From the NCBI GenBank assembly GCA_977020255.1, contig CDROCS010004529.1, forward strand, positions 1-64,000: a stretch of 64,000 nucleotides of DNA, in the 5' to 3' direction. A model generated the notes under the pieces. The model saw only the letters and a list, made by a program, of their open reading frames with translations, did not search any database and had not been told where the DNA came from. The position numbers and the translations under genes were made by a program. Position 1 is the first letter of the stretch. Every line of letters begins with the position of its first letter. Positions 52,302 through 62,051 of the stretch are shown piece by piece. The DNA comes from Obrimoposthia wandeli (lineage: Eukaryota).

Positions 52302-53735
52302 CTACAGCCCTAATTGCTGATTGATTAACTCACATAACCGTTCTAATTTATCACTTACCCGTAGGCCACACTTCAGTTTGTAATCTAAAGGCCAGCCTAT
52401 ATTTAGGCGTATACAATCTTTGTATAATGGTAATGTAGAAAACTGCGCTCCATTTTTAAAATATAGCCCCTGCTCGTTTGCTTTTTCATAGACACTTAAA
52501 AAATCTATTCCTTGCACTTGTATCCACATCACCATACCGCCTTGCAAAGTGCTAACACAAGCAAGTTTTGGTAGGCGCTCTGTGATAAAGCGATGATAAG
52601 TGGTAGCGTGCAGAGACAAGCTAAGAGTGGTTTTTTTAAGATGTTTACTATACTGGCCACTATTGATAAATTCAAAAAAGGCAGCTTGCACAGGCACATT
52701 CACCGCCAAAGAATTTACCTTGCGATGATTGATGTAGGCTGTATAAAAACGACCGGGCGCACACCAGCCCAATCGATAGCTTGGAGCGACTGTTTTAGAA
52801 ATCGATCCACACCAGATAACCCAGCCTTGATCATCCCAATATTTAATCGGTTTAGGTTTAAAGTTATTAAAACCCAACTCTAAAAACACATCGTCTTCGA
52901 TAATAGGCACTTGATATTTGGCTGCTAATTTAACCAATGATTTCTTTTGCTCAATCGATAAACATAGCCCATGCGGGTTGATAAAATTTGCACTAAACAA
53001 ACCTGCTTTTAAGGCACCAGTGCGCATATGAGATTCTAATTGCGTTAAATCTAATTGTGCATTATGACAAGGTATTTCAAGTACCTTTCGCTTCATACTT
53101 AGCAGCAAATTCAGCAAGCCACTAAAACACGGAGAAGAGATGGCGATAGTATCACCCACCTCTGAAACAATATCTATGGCACTGCGCACGGCATCGATAC
53201 AGCCATTAGTAATGATTAACTCTTGTGCAGATAACGTAAAATAGTTCTGTGTTACATGTTCAGATAAAGCGCTACGCAGATTCAATTCACCGCTCGCGGC
53301 TGGATATTGAAAATTATCATTGATACTGCGCAAATTACCGCGATGAAAGCAGCGATTTAAGACTTCTCTTGGAATCATACCTGCTGCCAGCTGGGCAGTA
53401 TAAAAAGGTTTTTCACTATTATGCCCTTCTACTTGGGCATCGGCGTGCGTATAGGAGTTAGCATAGCCATTAGGCACGGTAACTGACACTGAAAATTTAG
53501 GAAACTTAGGTGTATTGGATATCGTTAATGGTCGAGCAACAAAGTATCCGGATTGTGGCTTAACACTCAGCCAGCCTTGTTCGTGTAATTTGTTGTAACA
53601 GTTTAAAGCCGTGGTCATGCTGACAGTATGTAACTTAGCAAATTGCCTAACTGAGGGCATTCTTGCGCCTAAAACTAATCGAGCATCGGTAATATCTTGC
53701 ACCACATTGCTAGCTAACTGTTTATAACGAATCAT
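52302..53735 (-). CDS. MocR-family GntR regulator with PLP-aminotransferase domain
   Basis: RMPSVRQFA wHTH, PQSGYFV, IIEDDVF, GSISKTVAPSYRLGW. Confidence 0.92.
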   Translation of the reverse strand: MIRYKQLASNVVQDITDARLVLGARMPSVRQFAKLHTVSMTTALNCYNKLHEQGWLSVKPQSGYFVARPLTISNTPKFPKFSVSVTVPNGYANSYTHADAQVEGHNSEKPFYTAQLAAGMIPREVLNRCFHRGNLRSINDNFQYPAASGELNLRSALSEHVTQNYFTLSAQELIITNGCIDAVRSAIDIVSEVGDTIAISSPCFSGLLNLLLSMKRKVLEIPCHNAQLDLTQLESHMRTGALKAGLFSANFINPHGLCLSIEQKKSLVKLAAKYQVPIIEDDVFLELGFNNFKPKPIKYWDDQGWVIWCGSISKTVAPSYRLGWCAPGRFYTAYINHRKVNSLAVNVPVQAAFFEFINSGQYSKHLKKTTLSLSLHATTYHRFITERLPKLACVSTLQGGMVMWIQVQGIDFLSVYEKANEQGLYFKNGAQFSTLPLYKDCIRLNIGWPLDYKLKCGLRVSDKLERLCELINQQLGL

Positions 53736-53904
53736 CTTTCACCTGTCACTACGCTTTTAAATAAGCTCTATCTATAAACTATTAGTTCGTCATACAACAC
53801 AGAGCACTTTCATATTGTACTCTTTTTTTATATAAAAATTGTATCTGTTATCTTTTTAAACTTAAGAACAAAATAGCTCTCTCCTCAACACCGCTTCTTT
53901 TAAT

Positions 53905-54067
53905 TAGTGCTCATGCTGAAACGGGGTCGTCGCGAGAGCGTTTCAATGACTCAAGATACGTACTACTAGATATGGGCGTTTGATTATTCCAAATAACTAA
54001 ATCTTGTAGTGGGTAGATTGAGTTAATGAGGTGTTCGCAGTAGGCATCCGTTTCTGGATGGGCACTA
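53905..54067. mobile_element. MITE-like palindromic element, family A, copy 2
   Basis: TAGTGCTCATGCTGAAACGG / CCGTTTCTGGATGGGCACTA ends; about 85% identical by eye to 38928-39089. Confidence 0.8.
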
Positions 54068-54120
54068 ACTAGCTCTGCTGCTAAAAAGAGAGGCTAAAGA
54101 TAAAATTTAAGGATATTGTC

Positions 54121-55029
54121 ATGAAACCGTTACACCTATTGATCGCCATTTTTGTTACCTGCTTATGGGGATTTAATTTTTCAGTGATTAAATTTGGCGT
54201 AGATGAAATAAACCCGTTTATCCTTACAGGTCTACGCTTTACCTTTGCTGCTTTCCCTTTATGTTTTTTCATTAAAAAACCAAACACCTCATGGTTCTAT
54301 ATCATCCTATATGGGTTAGCTTTTGGCGTGGGGGTTTGGGGAATAATGGCATTATCAATTAACCAGGGTCTATCTGCAGGAATGGCCAGCACTGTGCTAC
54401 AAACCAGCGCTATGATCACCACATTAATCGGTATTTTTTATTTTAAAGAAGTGCTATCTAACAGCCAATTAGCGGGATTAATCATTGCCACATTAGGCCT
54501 GTTGATGATGTTCTATATTGATGATGGCTCGGTAACCACTATCGGTATTGCGCTAGCGATTACTGCTGCTTGCAGTTTAGCCCTAACTAACTTCTTGATT
54601 AAAAAAGCGCAGATAAAAGAAATGTTTGCTTTTATCGTCTATTCAAGCCTATTTGCACCTATTCCGTTATTCGCAATTGCACTAGTGACAGAAGGGGGTA
54701 ACTTCTCATCTTTTAGCCAAGCACTAAATTCCTCAGCGTTGATCTCAGCTATCATTCAAGCATACCCAACCACATTACTTGGATACTGGTTATGGAATAA
54801 ATTACAGACTATTTACCCTTTATCTATGATGAGCCCAATCCGCTTATTAGTACCTGTTTTTGGACTACTAGGTTCAGTTATTTTCTATGCCGAAGGAGTA
54901 TCTGGTCTTAAGATAATCGCTTTCTCTTGTATTGTTACTGGGGTTTCGCTGCCATTGATTATGGGTTTATTTATGCGCATTAAAAAACAGGCTTTTATGA
55001 GAGACTCTACACGACGTATCGGGCTATAG
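54121..55029 (+). CDS. EamA/DMT family exporter
   Basis: LWGFNFSVIKFG, LRFTFAAFP, GYWLWNKL, LLVPVFGL; about 10 TMs; divergent from the MocR regulator. Confidence 0.92.
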   Translation: MKPLHLLIAIFVTCLWGFNFSVIKFGVDEINPFILTGLRFTFAAFPLCFFIKKPNTSWFYIILYGLAFGVGVWGIMALSINQGLSAGMASTVLQTSAMITTLIGIFYFKEVLSNSQLAGLIIATLGLLMMFYIDDGSVTTIGIALAITAACSLALTNFLIKKAQIKEMFAFIVYSSLFAPIPLFAIALVTEGGNFSSFSQALNSSALISAIIQAYPTTLLGYWLWNKLQTIYPLSMMSPIRLLVPVFGLLGSVIFYAEGVSGLKIIAFSCIVTGVSLPLIMGLFMRIKKQAFMRDSTRRIGL

Positions 55030-55045
55030 TTCGGTTATACGAACT

Positions 55046-55076
55046 AACTAAAGCGATTTAAAAAATCGCTTTAGTT
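55046..55076. terminator. Terminator-like hairpin after eamA
   Basis: AACTAAAGCGATTT / AAATCGCTTTAGTT 14-bp perfect stem. Confidence 0.65.
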
Positions 55077-55383
55077 GACTCGCATATATAAATCCCTTTT
55101 GTGCTAATAAGCAACCTCTGAAATATACTTTTGATGCTACTCAGGCTCGCACTATGAAGCTCTGCAAACTCTGCTACCACCATCGGAGGGTCTGATGTAA
55201 GTAGATTTACAAATGCAAAGATCCCATTGCTTTGAAAGTCCTAGAAAGGTAATCACGCTTGCTCTGTTCTTGGATAATAATGCTATACGCACGGCAGTCA
55301 ATCAAAGGTTAATCGCAGTATTGTTGAATTGTAGTGGTCAACAAATACCGCACTGTTTGTGTCAGTTGTTAGACACTTTTGAC

Positions 55384-56379
55384 TCATTTATCTCCTAGTA
55401 AAAAACACTGCATGTCCTGCTCGCACTCTGCAATCTGATTTTTGAGCCAACAACAGTAATGCTGTTGTAGCCGTGGCACTTGGCGATCCCCTTGACTAAG
55501 CAAAAAATAATTCATACCCGCGACTGATGACGTTTTAAACGGGATAACCAAACGACCACTGCGCAGAGACTCTAAAGCGTAAGCAAGATCGCAAACGACC
55601 ACGCCTACACCATTTTCAGCGGCAGCTAATGCCATATCTAACGTTTCAAATTCGCAACCTTGACTAATATTTAAATGGTTTATATTTAAAGCTTTTGTCC
55701 ATATTTCCCAATGAATATGGCCGTCAATTTTAGTGTGAATTAAAGTTTTATCTACCAAATCAAAGGGTGTGTTTATAGGCCCGTTCTCGGCTATATATCT
55801 TGGAGAAACCATTACAAACAAGTTCTCTTGGCGTAGATGTTCTACTGCTACATCAAGCGCTTCATACTCATAGCAGGCATGAATAACCAGTTCACTCGAC
55901 TGCAGCTGAATTCTATCGTTGATAGTACGAGTCCAAGTCGTTTCAATCCGAAGTTCTAATTCTGGATAGTTGCGGCGTAACAGCTCCATTCTAGGGATCA
56001 ACCAACGTACAACAAATGAAGGAGGCGCTTGTAAACGCAACACACCACTATCTCCTCTTAATTCTTTTACTCCTTGCTGCAGATAGTCGAGTGCTTGCAC
56101 ACAGCGGCGTAAAAATTGTTTGCCTTCTTCAGTCAACATTAGTTGCTGACCTTCCCTGTTAAACAATAATACCCCTAAAAATGTCTCTAGATGTTTAATT
56201 TGTTTACTCACTCCGCTTTGAGTTAGCGCTAATTCTTGACCTGCTTGAGTAAAACTTAAATGCCTTGCTGCCGCTTCAAATACTCTAATCGATTGTTGTG
56301 CTGGCAGACGTTGATACCGACCCTGCTCATGAATTTTTGGCATGCTAACAGAACTATTACTCGTTTGTGATTTAGCCAT
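55384..56379 (-). CDS. LysR-family regulator (GcvA/AmpR-like)
   Basis: RLPAQQSIRVFEAAARHLSFTQAGQELALTQSGVSKQI, RWLIPR, AAENGVGV. The start is at 56379 or 56343. Confidence 0.92.
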   Translation of the reverse strand: MAKSQTSNSSVSMPKIHEQGRYQRLPAQQSIRVFEAAARHLSFTQAGQELALTQSGVSKQIKHLETFLGVLLFNREGQQLMLTEEGKQFLRRCVQALDYLQQGVKELRGDSGVLRLQAPPSFVVRWLIPRMELLRRNYPELELRIETTWTRTINDRIQLQSSELVIHACYEYEALDVAVEHLRQENLFVMVSPRYIAENGPINTPFDLVDKTLIHTKIDGHIHWEIWTKALNINHLNISQGCEFETLDMALAAAENGVGVVVCDLAYALESLRSGRLVIPFKTSSVAGMNYFLLSQGDRQVPRLQQHYCCWLKNQIAECEQDMQCFLLGDK

Positions 56380-56425
56380 AATTTGAATATTCTCAATAAA
56401 ATTGACAGTTCCTAGGAAGTATTCG

Positions 56426-57280
56426 ATGCAAGATAATAACAGCAATGTTCCAGCATTCTACAATGGAAAATACCTCAATGTTCAAGACATTTCTATATCT
56501 CCTTTAGATAGAGGGTTTCTATTCGGCGACAGCATTTATGAAGTTATACCGGTTTATGCAGGAAAAACGCTTGCAGAAGAAGAGCATCTTCAGCGCCTTA
56601 TTGACGGTTTGTTCGCTATTGGAATAACGTCATCACATTCCATAAATGAATGGAAGAACATTATTAATCCACTGTTAGATGTAAACCTAGCAGCACAACT
56701 TATTTATATACAAGTGAGCCGTGGAACAGAAAACATACGCAAGCACCGTTTTCCGGTTAACTGTGAACCCAATGTTTTACTTTTTTCCAATCAATTCAAC
56801 CCGCCAATTAAGCTTGATTATCTCGGTTGTGCAGGGCATTTACAGCAAGATGTCCGCTGGCAGCGCTGTGATATCAAGTCCACCAGCTTGATGGGTAACG
56901 TATTAGCTTACCAGTTGTTATACAGCCAAGGCGTAGCCAATGATGAAGCACTGCTGGTGCGCGATGGAAAAGTCGTTGAAGCCCCCAGTAGTAACCTATT
57001 TACCTATAAAGATGGAGTTATTTATACCCCACCCCTTGGCAATATTTTAGGGGGAGTAACTCGCACCCAAAATATTCAGCTTGCGCAGGCAATTGGCATA
57101 AAGATCGTGGAAGAGGCGCCAAGTTGTGAATTCATTAAAACAGCCGAGGAAGTTTGGGTAACTAATTCAATGGAGGAGCTTAAACCAATAGTAACTATAG
57201 ACGGTGAATCTATAGGCCACGGAGTGCCAGGTGATATTTGGAAACAGCTATTTAGCGATTATCAATTACTTAAAAAATAA
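56426..57280 (+). CDS. dat: Class IV PLP aminotransferase, D-amino acid aminotransferase type
   Basis: DRGFLFGDSIYEVIPVY, IYIQVSRG, RWQRCDIKSTSL, EAPSSN, ILGGVTR. Confidence 0.82.
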   Translation: MQDNNSNVPAFYNGKYLNVQDISISPLDRGFLFGDSIYEVIPVYAGKTLAEEEHLQRLIDGLFAIGITSSHSINEWKNIINPLLDVNLAAQLIYIQVSRGTENIRKHRFPVNCEPNVLLFSNQFNPPIKLDYLGCAGHLQQDVRWQRCDIKSTSLMGNVLAYQLLYSQGVANDEALLVRDGKVVEAPSSNLFTYKDGVIYTPPLGNILGGVTRTQNIQLAQAIGIKIVEEAPSCEFIKTAEEVWVTNSMEELKPIVTIDGESIGHGVPGDIWKQLFSDYQLLKK

Positions 57281-57459
57281 CGCAACTACAGGCTATTGAG
57301 CACAAAGAGTGAAAAATATACACAAATAATTATTTACTGCACAACGAATACTCAAGCTGAATTAACACCCGGCTAGATATTCTTTAAATACAACAGATAT
57401 CCCTTATGATCCTGCTTAGCAGAATCTATTCTATTATAAATATAACAAGTGAGAATAAT

Positions 57460-58563
57460 ATGAACGCAACGTTTTTTCAACGGGTTTTACTACCCGGCTT
57501 CCTATTGCAGTCAGTACTAATAGGGGGTGGTTATGCCACAGGCAGAGAGTTGGTTGAATTCTTTTTGTCTTCGGGTGCTCTTGGTGGTTTTTTAGGTTTG
57601 ATAGTCGCTACCGCGCTTTTTAGTTTAATTAGTGCGATTAGCTTTGAATTTGCGCGAATGGCCAACAGCTATAACTATCGTAGCTTTTTCAAGCGTTTAT
57701 TAGGCAAAGGTTGGTTTATTTATGAAGTTGCATATCTTGCGCTAGGCATCCTAGTACTGGCGGTGATTGGTTCAGCGGCAGGCAAAATTGTAGCTGAACA
57801 GTTAGGTCTAAATGCAAATATAGGCAGTATTGTTCTAATGCTAAGTATTTGTGTACTGGTTGCGTGGGGGACAAAACTGATTGAAAAGGTACTCGCCGGC
57901 TGGTCATTTTTACTCTATGCGGTGTACGCAGTCTTTGTCTACTTATACCTATCAGAGTTTGGGAGTAGTCTGAGTGTTGATTTATTTTCAGGAGCAGTAA
58001 AAGATGACTGGTTTGTCAATGCAGTAAAGTATGTTGGTTATAATATCGCTGCTCTGCCTTTAATTTTGTTTTGTGTCAGGCATATGCGTACACGCAGTGA
58101 CAGCTTCTTAGCAGGTGCTTGTGCAGGACCTTTAGCGATGATTCCCGCAGGCATTTTTTACTTGGCCATGGTTGCTGCTGGAGATGCATTAATCGACGCA
58201 GGTGTACCTTCAGCTTATATGATGCAACAATTAAATAGCCCGGCGTTAGAGGCTGTATTCTACGTTGTTTTGTTTGGTACTTTCGTCGAGACAGGTACAG
58301 CTTTTATTCACGCCATGAATGAGCGAGTTGCTGAAGTATACACTGAAAATAAACGCGAAATGCCTAAATCTTTTCGCTTTACCTTAGCGGCAGTAGTACT
58401 CGTTTTAGCTATTTTCTTGGCTGGAAAAATTGGCTTAGTCGGTTTAATAGGTGGCGGCTACGGCACGTTAACTTGGGTGTTCATTGCGGTTTACGTAGTC
58501 CCTATCTTAAGTTACGGCCTGTTCTGTATTTTTACTAACAAAGAAAGACTCTCTTGCACGTAG
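57460..58563 (+). CDS. YkvI-like multi-pass membrane protein (possible amino acid transporter)
   Basis: QSVLIGGGYATGRELVEFF, SYNYRSF, VKYVGYN, TFVETG; about 10 TMs. Confidence 0.8.
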   Translation: MNATFFQRVLLPGFLLQSVLIGGGYATGRELVEFFLSSGALGGFLGLIVATALFSLISAISFEFARMANSYNYRSFFKRLLGKGWFIYEVAYLALGILVLAVIGSAAGKIVAEQLGLNANIGSIVLMLSICVLVAWGTKLIEKVLAGWSFLLYAVYAVFVYLYLSEFGSSLSVDLFSGAVKDDWFVNAVKYVGYNIAALPLILFCVRHMRTRSDSFLAGACAGPLAMIPAGIFYLAMVAAGDALIDAGVPSAYMMQQLNSPALEAVFYVVLFGTFVETGTAFIHAMNERVAEVYTENKREMPKSFRFTLAAVVLVLAIFLAGKIGLVGLIGGGYGTLTWVFIAVYVVPILSYGLFCIFTNKERLSCT

Positions 58564-59056
58564 ATAAGTATGAGCCATCTTTTGTTTAAAAACTCATAAT
58601 TACTCGATGCAACTTAATATTGCTCTGTGATAATAAATGAGTACGGCTTAGATTAATTTAAGTAACTCAAAGAAGCCACATAAACCCTTGTATTGAAATG
58701 CAGCTATTGGTTATTGCATTGAAGAACCAACTATCTGGCTAAAAGAGAGCAGCACTATAACCATCATTACCAATAAAGCTGGTGGGTTAAAAATAAACCG
58801 AACACACAGGCTCCTAAAAACAGCATATGAAGTAAGGTAATCAGTGCCATTTGGTATTAAAGCTCATATTGGAATCGAAGCTAACTCGGGCTTATGTATG
58901 TTTTTGCAAGCACCGCAACGATTCAGCACAACCTTAACGAAGCACGCAACATTCTTTATAGAGCACAAGAATATGTATTTACAGATTCCCGACAGGGCTG
59001 GCCTATGTCCGATAAACACCTAGCAATAGGTCCCTACAAATACTCTTCAAAGATAA

Positions 59057-59410
59057 CTAAGTACGAAATATATCTAGACTTAATTCAACTTCATTCCCTA
59101 ACCAATACGCATACTCAGTATGATCTTGCAGGTTATCATCGGTTAATGCATGCACTAATACACTTAAACCATGACGGTTATCTTCAAGCCAGGCAATAAA
59201 CTGCTCAAAATCAGCTGATGAAAAAGCTATTTGGCAGCTCCACATAGGGTGAGGACCAATAGCTTTTTGATGTACCCTACCCATCTTCAAGGCAAATAAA
59301 CTTGCCGCTTTTTTACATAAATCTGTAGCGAATTCTAGCGTTTCTTGTTCAAAATAAACATGGCAATGGTAATAGTCATGAATATTAATGGGAAGTTTCA
59401 GTTTATTCAC
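59057..59410 (-). CDS. DOPA 4,5-dioxygenase family protein
   Basis: YHCHVYF, GRVHQKAIGPHP, LSVLVH, DH...WLG; GTG start with RBS. Confidence 0.85.
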   Translation of the reverse strand: MNKLKLPINIHDYYHCHVYFEQETLEFATDLCKKAASLFALKMGRVHQKAIGPHPMWSCQIAFSSADFEQFIAWLEDNRHGLSVLVHALTDDNLQDHTEYAYWLGNEVELSLDIFRT

Positions 59411-59574
59411 TTATTTATTTCCTTCTTTACATCCGCTATAGATAAAGCTGGAATGCGTTACGTTTAAGAGATTAGTATAGATAATAAAACCATCAAATAT
59501 TGATTATTTAAAGCCTCCCTATCAGTCACTGCTACAACAATATTAATGGGCCCCAGGACGAAAAACGACAGTGC

Positions 59575-60195
59575 TTAAAATATTTGACTGTAACTCGATA
59601 CCAAGACCTTTAATGTAAAGTGCGATTCATTTTGACCAATACCACTACTATCAATAAATGAGATGTCGGTAATACCAATAAATCCCAATATATGTCTTAT
59701 ATATGCGGAAATAAAATCAATTTCAGTGCCTAATTTAGTATCCCCAGAAACAATAACAATATAAGCTTTTTTGTGATTCACTAAACCAATTGGCCCACTG
59801 TCACCATATCGAAAGGTTAATTTAGATCTAACAACTTGGTCAATCCACGCTTTAAAAGCGGCCGGCACACCAAAGTTATAGATAGGAAGACCAATCACAA
59901 TTAGGTCAGCATTATTGAGTTCATCAACTAATATATCGGACGTTGCCAAGCACTTTTTTTGCTCGGCGGTGCGTTCATCAACAGCAGTGAAATTAGCTTT
60001 AGTCCAGCTTTCATCAATTAAAGGGATACCATCAGCCAAATCTCTAATCGTTACCTGGCTATATTTCTCGCCCGTATGTTGCTTGTTTGTAAGTTGTTTA
60101 CTAATCAGCTGCTTAATTAACTTGTCTGATAAATCTCGACTATAAGAGCCTGTTTTTCTGATACTTGAATCAAGTCTTAGGATATTTAGCGCCAT
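59575..60195 (-). CDS. azoR: FMN-dependent NADH-azoreductase
   Basis: ILRLDSSIR...SYSRDL, PIYNFGVPAAFKAWIDQV, FRYGDSGPIGL, LGFIGI. The last ~15 aa look atypical. Confidence 0.88.
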   Translation of the reverse strand: MALNILRLDSSIRKTGSYSRDLSDKLIKQLISKQLTNKQHTGEKYSQVTIRDLADGIPLIDESWTKANFTAVDERTAEQKKCLATSDILVDELNNADLIVIGLPIYNFGVPAAFKAWIDQVVRSKLTFRYGDSGPIGLVNHKKAYIVIVSGDTKLGTEIDFISAYIRHILGFIGITDISFIDSSGIGQNESHFTLKVLVSSYSQIF

Positions 60196-60238
60196 GTTCC
60201 CCCCAGTTTTAATATTGATAATACATTGAATAAAAACT

Positions 60239-60275
60239 ACACCTACCGTTACCTCTAAGTAATGAAGGTAGGTGT
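60239..60275 (-). terminator. Terminator-like hairpin after the SDR gene
   Basis: ACACCTACC / GGTAGGTGT stem, with a T-rich run following on the minus strand. Confidence 0.55.
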
Positions 60276-60289
60276 TTGCGTTTGTTACG

Positions 60290-61045
60290 TTAAGATAAAA
60301 GGGGGTTTATATTCATTCCACCATCAATATTGTATTCTCCACCTGTGATGAAAGAAGCATCATCAGAGGCTAAAAATGTAACGAGTTTTGCAATATCTGC
60401 TGGTTGCCCAAAACGCTTCAAGGGGATTCTATTTTGCATCGCCCCTGCGAATTCATTTAACTGTTCTTCCGGCATCCCTGTTTTAGCAAAAATAGGCGTA
60501 TATGTCGGCCCTGGGTTAACAGAATTCACACGTATCTTACGTGGTGCAAGCTCAGTCGCAGCCGTTCTTGTATATGAATTTAACGCCGCTTTAGAGGCCG
60601 CGTAAATAGCCGTATTTGGCATACCGGTATAAGCATTAATAGAAGAAAGGTTAATAATAGCAGCGCCATCATTAATAATAGGTAAAAATTTTTCAGTGGT
60701 AAATACCGCACCTTTGAAGTTAATGCCCATCTGAGTATCAAACATTTCCTCTGAATTTTGGCCTATTGGCGCAGGGCTGAAAATTCCCGCATTCACAAAT
60801 AATACGTCGATGCTGCCAAATTCTTGTTTCACTTGCTCTACCAGTGCATCAATTGCAGATAAATCTATAACATCAGCAACGATACCTTTAACCCCTAATT
60901 CAGTCGCTGCAGTCGCCACCTTATCAGCAGATCTACCCGTAATGATCACGTTTGCGCCAGCGTTTTTAAAATATTTTGCCGTTTCATAACCAATACCACT
61001 ATTACCACCAGTGACTACCGCTACTTTTCCCGTTAAATCATTCAT
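60290..61045 (-). CDS. Short-chain dehydrogenase/reductase
   Basis: TGGNSGIG, NAG, YAASK, RVNSVNPGP, DGG. The start is reassigned to the ATG at 61045. Confidence 0.95.
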   Translation of the reverse strand: MNDLTGKVAVVTGGNSGIGYETAKYFKNAGANVIITGRSADKVATAATELGVKGIVADVIDLSAIDALVEQVKQEFGSIDVLFVNAGIFSPAPIGQNSEEMFDTQMGINFKGAVFTTEKFLPIINDGAAIINLSSINAYTGMPNTAIYAASKAALNSYTRTAATELAPRKIRVNSVNPGPTYTPIFAKTGMPEEQLNEFAGAMQNRIPLKRFGQPADIAKLVTFLASDDASFITGGEYNIDGGMNINPLLS

Positions 61046-61083
61046 TCGTTTATTCCTTATCCATTTTATGTAAAAAGCCATTA

Positions 61084-61132
61084 TGTACCGATCGTTCCAG
61101 ATATTGACAATCTATACCGAACGGTTCACAAT
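61084..61132. promoter_or_regulatory. Two TetR-type operator palindromes around a sigma70 promoter
   Basis: TGTACCGATCGTTCCA (61084) and TATACCGAACGGTTCA (61113) flank TTGACA (61104), with CACAAT 17 bp downstream. Confidence 0.6.
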
Positions 61133-61161
61133 TACAAGCATATATTTTATTAAATTTGGAA

Positions 61162-61764
61162 ATGACTATGACAGCAGGCCGCCATCGCAGCTTTGATAAA
61201 GACAATGCGCTTGAAAAAGCCATGCTGGTATTTTGGAAGAACGGCTATCCCGGCACCTCGTTAACTGATCTAACTAATGTCATGGGTATTAATAAATCGA
61301 GCCTTTATGCTGCTTTTGGCAATAAAGAACAATTGTTCAATCAAGCGATAGATTTTTATTTAAATAAACACGGGATAGTTCATTTAGCTGAGCTTTATCA
61401 AACAGAACTAAGCCTAAAGACACGAGTCAAAAACTACCTATTATCTATTGCTAACATGCTAATAAACCCAGACCTACCTAAAGGCTGCTTAATTTGTCTT
61501 TCTACTGCAGAAATAGCGGGTGCTTGTTTACCTGATAATTCGGCAAAAAACATTGGTGACATCAATCAACAAACTATTTTGACGTTAACTGATTTTTTTG
61601 AAAAAGAGCACAAAGTGGGAAATTCAATTGAGGGGCATTCGCCAAACAGGATAGCGAACTATCTTTTAACCTTACAATTTGGCTTAGCTGTTTCTGCGAG
61701 AAACGGAGATAATATAGGAGAGCTTAAAGAGGTTATAAACTTCTCTATCGAACTATTTAACTAA
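61162..61764 (+). CDS. TetR/AcrR regulator (ComR/NemR-like)
   Basis: GRHRSFD...AMLVFWKNGY...SSLYAAFGNKEQLF, GCLI. Confidence 0.93.
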   Translation: MTMTAGRHRSFDKDNALEKAMLVFWKNGYPGTSLTDLTNVMGINKSSLYAAFGNKEQLFNQAIDFYLNKHGIVHLAELYQTELSLKTRVKNYLLSIANMLINPDLPKGCLICLSTAEIAGACLPDNSAKNIGDINQQTILTLTDFFEKEHKVGNSIEGHSPNRIANYLLTLQFGLAVSARNGDNIGELKEVINFSIELFN

Positions 61765-62051
61765 CGGCCTTTGGCAAGACTGCAGCTACCACCCTTTGCC
61801 TGATTTTTATGCAACTTTTACCTCTATTTCTCCTAGGGGTTTAACGCCACCTAGATAACTGGCTTTGAGCGCCTAATCTCTCAAGAGCAACGTTTTGGGT
61901 TGTGAATACTAGAATCAATTGTCGTTCTGCCACTCCTCCCCCTATATATACAGGCTGATGACCACCCCATGTTCCAACCTTTAAGTAACAAGAGCGATTG
62001 CGAGATCTCGATATTTATAAAAAGTGCTGATTATTTCTTCATGCTTCCTAT

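Noticed and set aside
52170-52320. Alpha/beta-hydrolase C-terminal remnant (RILVLGSQNTTCWSREQ...)
   Set aside because: Only a vague resemblance with no catalytic motif.
61800-62050. Short minus-strand frames after the SGNH gene (RDLAIAL..., GTWGGHQPVYIGGG...)
   Set aside because: No start/RBS or convincing family motif; the integrase-like RDLAI word is too short.
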